Shown: piece by piece, positions 17,923 to 27,364 of the stretch
How the letters are laid out: every line of letters starts with the position of its first letter
How positions within the stretch are numbered: the first letter of the stretch is position 1
Source: Betaproteobacteria bacterium
GTDB lineage: Bacteria > Pseudomonadota > Gammaproteobacteria > Burkholderiales > SG8-39
Assembly (NCBI GenBank): GCA_052386675.1
Contig: JBQTJX010000004.1
Coordinates: forward strand, 71,330 to 135,329
Direction: 5' to 3'
DNA: 64,000 nt
The notes under the pieces: generated by a model
Told to the model about the DNA's origin: nothing
The model's database searches: none
Seen by the model: the letters and a program-made list of their open reading frames with translations, nothing else
Program-made: the position numbers and the translations under genes

Positions 17923-19128
17923 TCAGGCGGCCTGCGCTTCGCCTGCGGAGCGCGCCTTCTCGGCCGTCAGCTCGGCGCGCGTCGGGAAGAAGAACGCGGC
18001 CACGAAGATTCCCGAAGCCAGCACCGACAGCACCATGAACACATTGGCGAAACCGCCCTCGGTCTTGTGCAGGGCGGCGATCAGCGGCACCGCGACCGCC
18101 GCCACGCCCAGCGAAACCACGTAGCGCACGCCCAGCACGCGGGCGCGGAACTCGTCGGCGACGTACTTGCCGACGATGGCGTCGTTCAGCGGGATCTGCC
18201 CGAACACCGCCAGCATCATGAGCAGCGCCGCGCCGAGCATCCACCAGCCTTCCAGGTTCGCGGCAAGGAACAGCATCGGGATCTGGACCAGGCCGACCGC
18301 GATCATGAGCCGGCGCATTTCCATGCGGTCGATGAGCGCGCCCATCAGCACCTGCGCAAACGCGGCCATGGTGTAGACAATCGCCACCAGCGCGCCGACG
18401 CCGAAGCTGGTCTGGGTCAGCGACTGCAGGCGCTCGTCGAACACCTTGGGCATGGAGATGGTGGTCGAATTGAAGATGATGCCGCCGCAAGCGGTGGCGA
18501 CCAGCATGATGGCCATGATGCGCGCCAGCATGCGGGTGTCCATGTGCAGGCCGAGCGATTTGGAAGTCTTCTTCACCTTGCCCGGATCCTGGACCAGCAG
18601 CAGGAACGCCACGCCTGCGGCCACGCACAGCACCCCCGGGACGAAGAACGCGGCGCGCCAGCCGAAGCTGTCCACCAGAGCGCCGGTGAGCAAAGCCGCG
18701 AAGGCGAGGCCCATGTTTCCCCAGAGCCCGTTCCAGCCCAGCATCTTGCCCATTTTCTCCGGCGAGACGACCAGCATGGCGATGCCCACCGGGTGGTAGA
18801 TGGCGGCGAAGGCACCCACCGCAGTGAGCCCGAACGCGATCTGCCAGGGCGACTGCGCCAGGCCAGTCGCGAACAGCGCCAGCCCGATCCCGATGAAGAA
18901 CACCACCATCACCTTGTAGCGGCTCCAGTGGTCCGCCAGCCAGCCGGCGGGTATGGCGAAGGCGCCGAAGGCGATGAAGCTGCCCAGCGCGAGCGGCAGC
19001 AGTTCCGAGTACGGGCGTCCCCATTCGCGCCCGATCGCGACCACCGCGGTCGGGAACACGAGCATGGCCAGGTGGTCGAGCAGATGCCCGAGGTTGAGGA
19101 AGGGGACGAGGAAGCGGTTGTTGGGCAT
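17923..19128 (-). CDS. MFS transporter
   Basis: 401 aa, about 12 TM segments. Start at ATG 19128 (MPNNRFLVPFLNLGHLLDH...). Confidence 0.85.
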   Translation of the reverse strand: MPNNRFLVPFLNLGHLLDHLAMLVFPTAVVAIGREWGRPYSELLPLALGSFIAFGAFAIPAGWLADHWSRYKVMVVFFIGIGLALFATGLAQSPWQIAFGLTAVGAFAAIYHPVGIAMLVVSPEKMGKMLGWNGLWGNMGLAFAALLTGALVDSFGWRAAFFVPGVLCVAAGVAFLLLVQDPGKVKKTSKSLGLHMDTRMLARIMAIMLVATACGGIIFNSTTISMPKVFDERLQSLTQTSFGVGALVAIVYTMAAFAQVLMGALIDRMEMRRLMIAVGLVQIPMLFLAANLEGWWMLGAALLMMLAVFGQIPLNDAIVGKYVADEFRARVLGVRYVVSLGVAAVAVPLIAALHKTEGGFANVFMVLSVLASGIFVAAFFFPTRAELTAEKARSAGEAQAA

Positions 19129-19197
19129 AGGTGGATTGTGCCTTTCCCGCTTGCGTCCTTCTTTCGCATGTTGGACAATCATTGTCGAATATAAGAC

Positions 19198-20001
19198 ATG
19201 ACGCCCACGCGCGCGCCCATCCGCAGTACCTCGGCCGTTGACTACCAGAACGTCCCCCGGCCCGTCGCGGCCATGGCACGCGACCTGCCTTCGGACCACG
19301 AGATTGACTGGCACGCGCACCCTCGCTTCCAGGTGATTTACGCCTCCGAGGGCGTGATGACTGTGGATACCCGAGACGAAACCTGGGTCGTGCCGCCAAT
19401 GCGCGCGGTGTGGATGCCGCCCCGCGTACCCCACCGCGTGCGCGCCTCCGGCCACGTGAAGATGCGCACGCTCTACATCCAGCCCGAAGCCGCCACGCGC
19501 ATGCCGGACGCGTGCCACGTCCTCACGGTGACGCCGCTGCTGCGCGAGCTGATCCAGCGCGCGACCGAGGTCCCGGTCCAGTACGACGAGGACGGCGCCG
19601 ACGGGCGTGTCATGCGGCTGGTGCTGGACGAACTGGCGAAGCTCGCCCGCCTGCCGTACAACCTGCCCATGCCCCGCGCCGAGCCCCTTTCCCGGGTCTG
19701 CGCGGAATTGCTCGACCAGCCGGGCGCTGCGCCCACCCGCGAAGCGGTCGCCGCGCGGCACGGCATGAGCGGGCGCACGCTGGAGCGGCATTTCAAGCGC
19801 GACCTCGGCATGAACTTCGGCGATTGGTGCCGGCGCGCGGCGCTGCTGCGGGCGCTGGCGTGGTTCGCCGAAGGCCGGCCGGTCACGGCAGTGGGGCTTG
19901 ACCTCGGCTATTCCAGCCTGTCCGCGTTCTGCGCCATGTTCAAGCGCGAGACCGGGCGCACGCCGCGCGCATACAGAAGCGAACTGCGCCGGGCGGCCTA
20001 G
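19198..20001 (+). CDS. AraC-family transcriptional regulator (cupin N-domain + HTH)
   Basis: HAHPRFQVIYASEGVM cupin-like N-terminus. C-terminal ...GMSGRTLERHFKRDLGMNFGDW...LGYSSLSAFCAMFKRETGRTP HTH_AraC signature. Divergent from the MFS/CoA-transferase genes. Confidence 0.85.
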   Translation: MTPTRAPIRSTSAVDYQNVPRPVAAMARDLPSDHEIDWHAHPRFQVIYASEGVMTVDTRDETWVVPPMRAVWMPPRVPHRVRASGHVKMRTLYIQPEAATRMPDACHVLTVTPLLRELIQRATEVPVQYDEDGADGRVMRLVLDELAKLARLPYNLPMPRAEPLSRVCAELLDQPGAAPTREAVAARHGMSGRTLERHFKRDLGMNFGDWCRRAALLRALAWFAEGRPVTAVGLDLGYSSLSAFCAMFKRETGRTPRAYRSELRRAA

Positions 20002-20120
20002 CCACACACCTTCACCGGTGACGCGCTCAGGGGTATATTCCGACTGCGCTCCGGGAAGCGCTGGCCGCAAACCGGGCGCAGATCTGGAATCAAGAAGCAG
20101 AACAATTTAAGGGGGGATTC

Positions 20121-21047
20121 ATGCTGATTCGTGCAGTTCTCGCGCTCCTGTTCTTCGCCGGCCTGACCATTGGTGGCGCCATCGCCCAGCCCTTCAACGA
20201 GGGCTACCGCAAGTGCGAGAAGTGCCACGAGGCGGAGGTCGACGTCTGGAAGAAAACCAGGCATTTCAAGGGCTTCCAGGAGATCCACAAGAGCGACAAG
20301 GCGAAGAAGATCCTCGCCGCAGCGGGTGGCGCCACCAGCATGCGCGCCAACGCGAACTGCGTGATGTGCCACTTCACCGAAACCAAGGCCTCGGCCGCGG
20401 GCAAGCCCCAGGTGTCCTCCGGGCCGTCCTGCGAAAGCTGCCACGGTCCGTCCTCGGACTGGCGCGACGTCCACAATTTCTACGGCGACGGCATCGACGA
20501 CCCGAAAAAGGAACCGGCGGCGAAGCGCGACAAGCGCCATGCCGATGCCCGCAAGGCCGGGATGATCTGGTCCTTCATGACCTATGACATCGCCGCGAAT
20601 TGCATGGAGTGCCACGGCCTGGCGAATCCGAAGCTGAAGCCGGACGTGCTGGCGAAGATGCTCGATGCGGGACACCCCGGCGAGCCCGAATTCGAGCTGG
20701 TCGCCCATTCCCAGGGCTCGGTCCGCCATCGCTACTACCCGCCGAACGTCACCACCAACGCCGAGATGACCCCGGCAGAGCTGTCCCGCCTTTATGTCAT
20801 CGGCCAGGCTGCCAAGCTGGTGTCGGCAACCGCCGCCGGTGCCGGCGGCAGCGCGCCATTCACCGCGATGCAGAAGAAGCGCGCGCAGGACGCGCGCGCG
20901 GCGCTGCAGCCGGTGGCCGACGTGCCGGAAGTGAAGGCGGTGCTGGACAAGCCCAGCGCGGACGCGGGACGCAAGCTCGCCGAAGCGCTCAAGGGCAAGG
21001 ACCTGTCGGCGAAGGTGAAGCTCCCGGCCAAGAGCAGCTACAAGTAA
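20121..21047 (+). CDS. Secreted tetrahaem cytochrome c
   Basis: Signal peptide MLIRAVLALLFFAGLTIGGAIAQ. Four CxxCH motifs (CEKCH, CVMCH, CESCH, CMECH). GGGGGA SD. Confidence 0.8.
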   Translation: MLIRAVLALLFFAGLTIGGAIAQPFNEGYRKCEKCHEAEVDVWKKTRHFKGFQEIHKSDKAKKILAAAGGATSMRANANCVMCHFTETKASAAGKPQVSSGPSCESCHGPSSDWRDVHNFYGDGIDDPKKEPAAKRDKRHADARKAGMIWSFMTYDIAANCMECHGLANPKLKPDVLAKMLDAGHPGEPEFELVAHSQGSVRHRYYPPNVTTNAEMTPAELSRLYVIGQAAKLVSATAAGAGGSAPFTAMQKKRAQDARAALQPVADVPEVKAVLDKPSADAGRKLAEALKGKDLSAKVKLPAKSSYK

Positions 21048-21071
21048 TCCGGCGGCCGGGCGGGTCGCGGC

Positions 21072-22793
21072 ATGAGCGAGCTCCAGGTCCTGCAGCGCCC
21101 GAAGCGCTGGGATACGCCTTTTGACGGCGCGATGTCCGAGCAGCATGTCGACGAACTGCTCGCGCGCCCCGAGTTCGCGACCATCGACGCCAGCAAGTTC
21201 CCGGCCTCGGCGCCGTTGCGTGGCATCGTGCGCAACGACTGCCGCATCGTGCACTTCCAGCCCGGCGACATCCTGGTGCGCGACGGCGATTACGGCAATT
21301 CCGCGTTCCTTGTCCTCTCCGGCACGGTGCGGGTGGTCCTGCCCCCTGGCCTGCCGCAGCACCTGCTCGGGCGCTCGGTCGAGGCCAAGACTTCCGCGCT
21401 GGACTCCCTCCTGCAGTTGTTCCGCCAGTCGAAGACGCCCGAGACCCGTGACACGTCGCGCTACCACGCCGGCGAGTCGCGCGGGGCCAGCGAGCAGCAC
21501 CATTCGCTGCTCGATCCGGACGGCATCGGCCAGCTGTTCGGTGCCGGCGTCGATCCGCGGGCGGACAAGCGCCGCGTACCCCAGCTCGCGGCAACGTGGA
21601 AGACCGCGATCCTGCCGCCGGGCACGCTGTTCGGGGAAATCGCCGCGCTTGGCAGGGTGCAGCGATCGGCCACCGTGTATGCCGAATCGGAATGCACTGC
21701 GCTCGAGATGCGCTGGCAGGCGTTGCGCGACATCAAGAACCGCGACGAGACCTGGCGCACGAAGATCGAACAGAGCTACCGCGACAACCAGCTGCGCATC
21801 CACCTGGCCGAGCACCCGCTGCTCGCCGGGCTTGACCCGAAGTCGCTGCAAAAACTGGCCGCCGCCACGCTGTTCGAAACCTACGGCTCGTTCGAGTGGT
21901 ACCTGGAATTCAAGCGCGGCAAGGGCAGCGAGCGGCCGGCGCCTCCGATCGAACCCGCGGTCGCGCAGCAGGGCGACTACCCGGATGGCCTGCTGCTGGT
22001 GACCGGCGGCTTTGGCCGCGTCTCCATGCAGCTCGGCCAGGGCTCGCGCACCCTGACCTACCTGCGTAACGGCGATCACTACGGCCTGGACGAGCTGTAC
22101 GAGGCCTGGAAGAGCGGCCACGACTGCCCCTACGAGACCAGCCTGACGGCGCTGGGCTACCTGCACGTGCTCCGGATTCCCTACTCCGCTCTTGCGGAAC
22201 TGGTGTTCCCGAAGCTGCGCCCGCCCGCGGCGCGCCTGATTGACGCCTCGTCGCGGCCGATCGCGCAGGACGCCTTCCTCGAGTGGGCGGTCGAGGAGCG
22301 CTACATCAACGGCACGCGCACCATGGTCATCGACCTCGAGGCCTGCGTGCGCTGCGACGACTGCGTGCGCGCCTGCGCGGACACGCACGGCGGCAATCCG
22401 CGCTTCGTGCGCGCCGGCAACACCTTCGGCAAGTGGCTGGTGGCGAACGCGTGCATGCACTGCGTCGACCCGGTGTGCATGATCGGCTGCCCGACAGGCG
22501 CGATCCACCGCACCGTGCAGGGCGGCGCGGTGGTGATCAATGACCTCACCTGCATCGGCTGCGGCACCTGCGCCAACTCCTGCCCGTACGACAACATCCG
22601 CCTGGTGCCGATCCGCGAGCTGGACGGCCGCGCGCTGCTCGACCCGGCATCCCAGGAGCCGATCCTCAAGGCCACCAAGTGCGACCTGTGCTTCTCCCTG
22701 CCCACCGGCCCTTCATGCGAGCGTGCCTGCCCGCACGGGGCGCTGCGCCGCGCCGACCTTCAGTCGCTGGTGGCGCAGGCGGCGGAGCTCTAG
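21072..22793 (+). CDS. Tandem cyclic-nucleotide-binding domains fused to an NrfC/HybA-like four-cluster Fe-S domain
   Basis: cNMP phosphate-binding-cassette-like FGEIAALGRVQRSATVYA, then a second degenerate cNMP domain. This is followed by CVRCDDCVRAC, CMHCVDPVCMIGCP, CIGCGTCANSCP and CDLC...CERACP. Confidence 0.8.
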   Translation: MSELQVLQRPKRWDTPFDGAMSEQHVDELLARPEFATIDASKFPASAPLRGIVRNDCRIVHFQPGDILVRDGDYGNSAFLVLSGTVRVVLPPGLPQHLLGRSVEAKTSALDSLLQLFRQSKTPETRDTSRYHAGESRGASEQHHSLLDPDGIGQLFGAGVDPRADKRRVPQLAATWKTAILPPGTLFGEIAALGRVQRSATVYAESECTALEMRWQALRDIKNRDETWRTKIEQSYRDNQLRIHLAEHPLLAGLDPKSLQKLAAATLFETYGSFEWYLEFKRGKGSERPAPPIEPAVAQQGDYPDGLLLVTGGFGRVSMQLGQGSRTLTYLRNGDHYGLDELYEAWKSGHDCPYETSLTALGYLHVLRIPYSALAELVFPKLRPPAARLIDASSRPIAQDAFLEWAVEERYINGTRTMVIDLEACVRCDDCVRACADTHGGNPRFVRAGNTFGKWLVANACMHCVDPVCMIGCPTGAIHRTVQGGAVVINDLTCIGCGTCANSCPYDNIRLVPIRELDGRALLDPASQEPILKATKCDLCFSLPTGPSCERACPHGALRRADLQSLVAQAAEL

Positions 22794-22800
22794 GCCCGGC

Positions 22801-23673
22801 ATGCGCGAGACGCTTCGGCTGGCGTCGGAACTGTGGCGCGACGCCCTTGCCTACGCGCCGGCGCGCCCGGCCCGCGGCCTGTTGACGGCGTGGTTCGCGG
22901 CGATCGCGGCCTGGATCCTGGTCAGCCTCCTTGCCTGGCACACCGAGCGCAGCCTGGGCAACGCCTCGCTGGTGACCGGCTATGCACTGATGGCGGCGAT
23001 GCTGTTCCTGGGCAGCTTCGGCCTGCGCAAGCGCGTCCTGGTGCTGCCGCTGGGCACGGCGCGCGCCTGGATGCGGGCGCACCTGGTCGTCAGTGCGATT
23101 TGCGTGCCGCTGTACTTCCAGCACGCCGGCAGCCTCTGGCCGGGCGGCGTCTACGAGCAGGCGCTCGCCCTGGCGTTCTACGGCGTGGCGCTCACCGGGC
23201 TCGCGGGCTACGTCCTCGAGCGCCTGCTGCCCAAGCGTCTCACCGACCTCGACAGCGAGATCGTCTACGAGCGCATTCCGCACGAGATCGCCGAGCTGCG
23301 CGAGCGCGCCGAGGCGGTGGTGGTACAGGCGATGCAGCAACTGGGTTCGGACACGCTGGGCCGCTACTACCACGAGTCGCTGGACTGGTATTTCTGGAAG
23401 CCGCGTTTCCTGGTCAGCCACCTGCTGGGCGGCCGGCGCGCAGCGCGCTGGATCGGTGGCCACATCTCCGCACTCGCCCGCTACCTCAGCGAGCCGGAGC
23501 GCGCCTACCTCGACCAGATCGAGGCGCTGGCAACACGCAAAAGCCACCTGGACGCCCACTTGGTCATGCAGGGCGCGCTGAAGTACTGGCTGTTCCTGCA
23601 CGTCCCGCTGGCCGCTGTCCTGATCCTGCTGGTGCTCTGGCACCTGCTCCTGGTGAACATCTACGCACTGTGA
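22801..23673 (+). CDS. Integral membrane protein (4 N-terminal TM, helical soluble region, C-terminal TM), unknown function
   Basis: 290 aa. Hydrophobic segments carry His residues (AWHTE, RAHLVVSA, YFQH, FLHVP, LWHLL). 7 nt after the preceding gene. Confidence 0.55.
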   Translation: MRETLRLASELWRDALAYAPARPARGLLTAWFAAIAAWILVSLLAWHTERSLGNASLVTGYALMAAMLFLGSFGLRKRVLVLPLGTARAWMRAHLVVSAICVPLYFQHAGSLWPGGVYEQALALAFYGVALTGLAGYVLERLLPKRLTDLDSEIVYERIPHEIAELRERAEAVVVQAMQQLGSDTLGRYYHESLDWYFWKPRFLVSHLLGGRRAARWIGGHISALARYLSEPERAYLDQIEALATRKSHLDAHLVMQGALKYWLFLHVPLAAVLILLVLWHLLLVNIYAL

Positions 23674-23697
23674 CGCCATGCCGAACCTGAGAGACGC

Positions 23698-25527
23698 ATG
23701 AAGGGACCGCGCAGCTTCCGCCACGAGACCATTGCGTACGAGCGGCCGATGCTGCCGTACCGCTGCGGCCGCGGCGCGATGTGGCGCAAGCCGTGCTGGC
23801 AGGGTCCCGACGCCGGCGGCGGCTGCCAGGGGCGCTTCGAGTGCGCGCCGGTGCGCATCGGGGACCGCTGGGAATGCCGCCGGCCCAAGCTTGCCGGCGG
23901 CAAGTGCGACCGCGGGCCGCTGCCCGACGGCAGCTGCGCGCACAGCCATCCGCCATGCGTGCCGCGCCGCAGCCTGCGCTCGCTGCGCGGCCACTTTTCC
24001 GCGCTGCTGGCGATCGCGCTGGGCATTGTCCTGCTTGTCGGCCTGGATCCCACCGCGCCCTCGATGGTCAACCCCCGCGCGATCGACGCCGGCGAGCTCA
24101 CCAGCGTGCACGGCGGATTCACGCGCGAGCGCGGCTGCGCGGCCTGCCACGCGAGCCACGAGAAGGACGCGCTCGGCTGGGTCGCGGCCGCGTTCCGCGG
24201 CAACGATCCCAGCGCCCGTTGCCTGGACTGCCACGATTTCCCGGGCAGCGCGATGCGCGCGCACAATGCCGCTCCGGACAAGGGCGCGGCGTTCGGCGAA
24301 GTGCCCTGCGCGCGCTGCCACACCGAGCACAAGGGCGCGGCGGCGAAGATCGCCCAGGTTCCCGACTTCGTCTGCGCCAACTGCCACCAGAAGCGGTTCG
24401 ACAGCTTCTCCTCCGGGCACACGCCCTTCCCGGCCAACTATCCGTTCGACCGTCCCGGGGCGATCCACTTCGACCACAGCCGCCACATCGGCAAGTACTT
24501 CGGCGACCCGAAGGTCGCGCGCACCTCCAAGGCCGCGGCGGCGTTCGCCGCGGATGCGCAGAAGAAATGCACTGCCTGCCACAGCGTCGAAGGCGCGACG
24601 CGCGAGGTGAAGCCCAAGCCCTATTCCGAGATCTGCGCCACCTGCCATGAGGGCCAGGTCGGCAAGGCCGAGTTCGTGGTGCTTGAACAGGAGCGCCTGA
24701 CACCGGCTGCGTCCTTCCTGCTGGGCATGGAACTGGAGGGCGACGAGGAGGCCGCCACGCGCCGCCTGGGCAAGCTCTGGGAGGCGATGGCGCGCGGCGG
24801 CACGGAGGCGCTGGTGGAACTGGCCGCCGGCGGCGGCGATGCAACCCGGCGCAAGTCCTCCGAAGCGCTGTTCGCCGGCCTGGCCGGCCAGACCGCGCGC
24901 GAGACCGGGGCGGCCTGGGCCGCGCGCCGCGACCTGCCGGATCGTGGCGCAAAGGACGGGGTCGCTGGCTGGATCGCAGGCAACACCTCGGACGACAAAC
25001 CGGCGCTTCATTACCGCGCCGCCCACGGCGACCCGGTGCTGAAGGCCTGGATCGAGGCCCTGCGGACAGCCGCGGCGGAGGGCAAGGACAAGGACCGGCA
25101 GCAGATCGCCGCAGCCGCGCTCGACCAGGTACTCGATCCGGATGGCCCGGGCGCCTGCGGCAAGTGCCACGGCGCCTCGGTGAGGCTGGCCAAGCCCGGG
25201 GGACTGGAGGCGGCCTGGAAACGCGCCGGCAAGGCGGCCTCGCCCCATGACCGCTACTCCCACGCCCCGCACCTTGCGCTTGTGGACCCGGATGCCGGCT
25301 GCCGTGCGTGCCACGAGCTGAACCCGAGCTCGGGCTACGCGAAATACTTCGCATCCAAGGCGCCCAAACCCGAGGCCTACCAGAGCAACTTCCTTGGGAT
25401 TCGCGCCGAAGCTTGCGTAGAATGCCATCGTGAAGGACAGGTGAATGCTGGCTGCCAGGTCTGCCATGCCTATCACCTGCCGCATCGCTTCAATCTCGGT
25501 TTCCGAACAAGGGGAGCAAGCAAATGA
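23698..25527 (+). CDS. Membrane-anchored decahaem cytochrome c with N-terminal Cys-rich region
   Basis: Ten CxxCH motifs (CAACH, CLDCH, CARCH, CANCH, CTACH, CATCH, CGKCH, CRACH, CVECH, CQVCH). One TM helix (ALLAIALGIVLLVGL) preceded by about 95 aa containing 8 Cys. Confidence 0.8.
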   Translation: MKGPRSFRHETIAYERPMLPYRCGRGAMWRKPCWQGPDAGGGCQGRFECAPVRIGDRWECRRPKLAGGKCDRGPLPDGSCAHSHPPCVPRRSLRSLRGHFSALLAIALGIVLLVGLDPTAPSMVNPRAIDAGELTSVHGGFTRERGCAACHASHEKDALGWVAAAFRGNDPSARCLDCHDFPGSAMRAHNAAPDKGAAFGEVPCARCHTEHKGAAAKIAQVPDFVCANCHQKRFDSFSSGHTPFPANYPFDRPGAIHFDHSRHIGKYFGDPKVARTSKAAAAFAADAQKKCTACHSVEGATREVKPKPYSEICATCHEGQVGKAEFVVLEQERLTPAASFLLGMELEGDEEAATRRLGKLWEAMARGGTEALVELAAGGGDATRRKSSEALFAGLAGQTARETGAAWAARRDLPDRGAKDGVAGWIAGNTSDDKPALHYRAAHGDPVLKAWIEALRTAAAEGKDKDRQQIAAAALDQVLDPDGPGACGKCHGASVRLAKPGGLEAAWKRAGKAASPHDRYSHAPHLALVDPDAGCRACHELNPSSGYAKYFASKAPKPEAYQSNFLGIRAEACVECHREGQVNAGCQVCHAYHLPHRFNLGFRTRGASK

Positions 25528-27359
25528 CCGAGGAGTTCAGCCAGCAGCGGGACATGGTCCGCAACCCGTCGCGCAGGCGCCGCTGGACGGCCCTCGCGGC
25601 GATCCTGGTGGCCTGCGTGCTGTCGGCGCCGGGCGAGTCCGGCGCGCAGCGCAAGCCCCGCGGCGCGGCACCGGCGGAGGCCCCTGCCGCAGCCCCGGCC
25701 GGCGAAGCGCACGCCCGGGTCCTGAATGAAGAGCAGTACCCCAGCGCCGCGCGCTGCGGCGAGTGCCACAAGCAGATCTACGACGAATGGCGGGTCTCCA
25801 ACCACGCCTACGCCGGAATGTCGCCGATGTTCCACAAGTTCGAGCAGAAGATCACCGAGCTCGCGCCCTCGATCGGCACGTTCTGCGTGCGCTGCCACAT
25901 GGGCGTGGGCACCACGCAGGGCGAATCGCGCGACCTGCCGCTGTGGAAGCGCAGCCAGGTGTCGCGCGAAGGCGTGACCTGCATCAGCTGCCATCGCGTC
26001 CAGGACGAGTACGCCAAGGCGAACGGCGAGCGCCGCATCGTCCCGGGCTCCATCTTCGCGCCGGTCTACGGGCCGGGCGGCGGCGAGGGTGTCGCCGAGG
26101 CGGTGAAAAATCCGGGCCGCTTCAATATCGCCACCAACGACAAGGCGCGGGGCACGAAGATCCACACCGCCGGGGTCAAGTTCGAGCAGATCGACAAGGC
26201 CGAGTTCTGCGTCTCCTGCCACCAGGTCGCGGTGAACCTGGGCATCAAGCTGGAGGTGGTCTGGGACCAGTACCGTTCGTCTCCCGCGCGCAAGCAGGGC
26301 ATCACCTGCCAGGACTGCCACATGGGCAAGGTTCCCGGCAAGGCGGAGGGCTACGCCACCGGTCCCGCAGCCGACGGCATGCGCAACGGCCGCACGCTCA
26401 ATCCGACGCGCAAGCGCAGCAACCATTCGTTCTACGGGCCCGGCTACCCGATCACCCACCCCGGCATCTTCCCGCACCACAATACCGAGGGCACCGAGGA
26501 GTGGACGATCGAGCGCTGGCTCAAGTTCGACTACCGCGCGAAGTGGGGCAGCGACGACTTTGAGCAGGAAGTCGAGTCCGGCAAGCGCAAGCTGCGCTTC
26601 CCCGAGGAATGGGCCGACGCCGAGGACCGCAAGAAAGCCTGGTCGGTGGTGGAGGAGAACCTGCGCCTGCTGGAGGTCAAGCGCGAACAGCGCAAGCAGG
26701 TGATGGAGAATGGCTCGCGCATCGACGGCCCGTTCTTCACCGAGGCGCGCGCCGGCCGGCCGCTCAGCTTTGCCTACCGGGTGACCAACACCGATCCCGG
26801 CCACAACCTGCCCTCGGGGTCCCTGGGCGCGCAGCCCGAGATCTGGCTCAACGTGGCGCTGATCGGCCCCGACGGCAAGCGGCTCTGGGAGAGCGGCCAC
26901 CTCGACAGCATCGGTGACATGGCCGACCTGCATTCGACCGACGTGCGCGCCGGCAAGCTACCGCTCGACCGGCAGCTGTTCAACCTGCAGACCAAGTTCC
27001 TCACCACCAACGTGAAGGGCACCGACCGCGAGATGTACCTGCCGGTCAACTTCGACATCGACCAGTTGCCGTTCCTGCGGCCACCCGGCCAGCCGGTGTC
27101 GGTCATGAACCACCCGCCCTTCGTGCGCATGGAATCGCGCTCGCTGCCGCCGCTGGGCAGCCGCATGGCGAATTACACCGTGCCGGCCGAACTGGTCGCG
27201 AAGCCCGGCAAGTACCGCCTCGCGGTGCGCCTGCGCAGCCGCGCCGAGCCGATCTACTTCATGCGCTTCGTCGGCGCCACCAGCGACATGGAGCGCGCGA
27301 TGAACGAATGGATGCTCGACATCCATCCGTACACGGTCGAATTCCAGGTGAAGGAGTGA
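25524..27359 (+). CDS. Pentahaem cytochrome c with ~340-aa haem-free C-terminal domain
   Basis: ATGA overlap with the upstream gene. Arg-rich signal or anchor (SRRRRWTALAAILVACVLSA). CGECH, CVRCH, CISCH, CVSCH and CQDCH all lie in the first ~290 aa. Confidence 0.8.
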   Translation: MTEEFSQQRDMVRNPSRRRRWTALAAILVACVLSAPGESGAQRKPRGAAPAEAPAAAPAGEAHARVLNEEQYPSAARCGECHKQIYDEWRVSNHAYAGMSPMFHKFEQKITELAPSIGTFCVRCHMGVGTTQGESRDLPLWKRSQVSREGVTCISCHRVQDEYAKANGERRIVPGSIFAPVYGPGGGEGVAEAVKNPGRFNIATNDKARGTKIHTAGVKFEQIDKAEFCVSCHQVAVNLGIKLEVVWDQYRSSPARKQGITCQDCHMGKVPGKAEGYATGPAADGMRNGRTLNPTRKRSNHSFYGPGYPITHPGIFPHHNTEGTEEWTIERWLKFDYRAKWGSDDFEQEVESGKRKLRFPEEWADAEDRKKAWSVVEENLRLLEVKREQRKQVMENGSRIDGPFFTEARAGRPLSFAYRVTNTDPGHNLPSGSLGAQPEIWLNVALIGPDGKRLWESGHLDSIGDMADLHSTDVRAGKLPLDRQLFNLQTKFLTTNVKGTDREMYLPVNFDIDQLPFLRPPGQPVSVMNHPPFVRMESRSLPPLGSRMANYTVPAELVAKPGKYRLAVRLRSRAEPIYFMRFVGATSDMERAMNEWMLDIHPYTVEFQVKE

Positions 27360-27364
27360 CGCCG

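Noticed and set aside
20002-20120. FNR/CRP-type site upstream of the multihaem cluster (TTGATTCCAGATC on the minus strand).
   Set aside because: Only one half-site (TTGAT) matches and the partner half is poor. I do not consider this callable.
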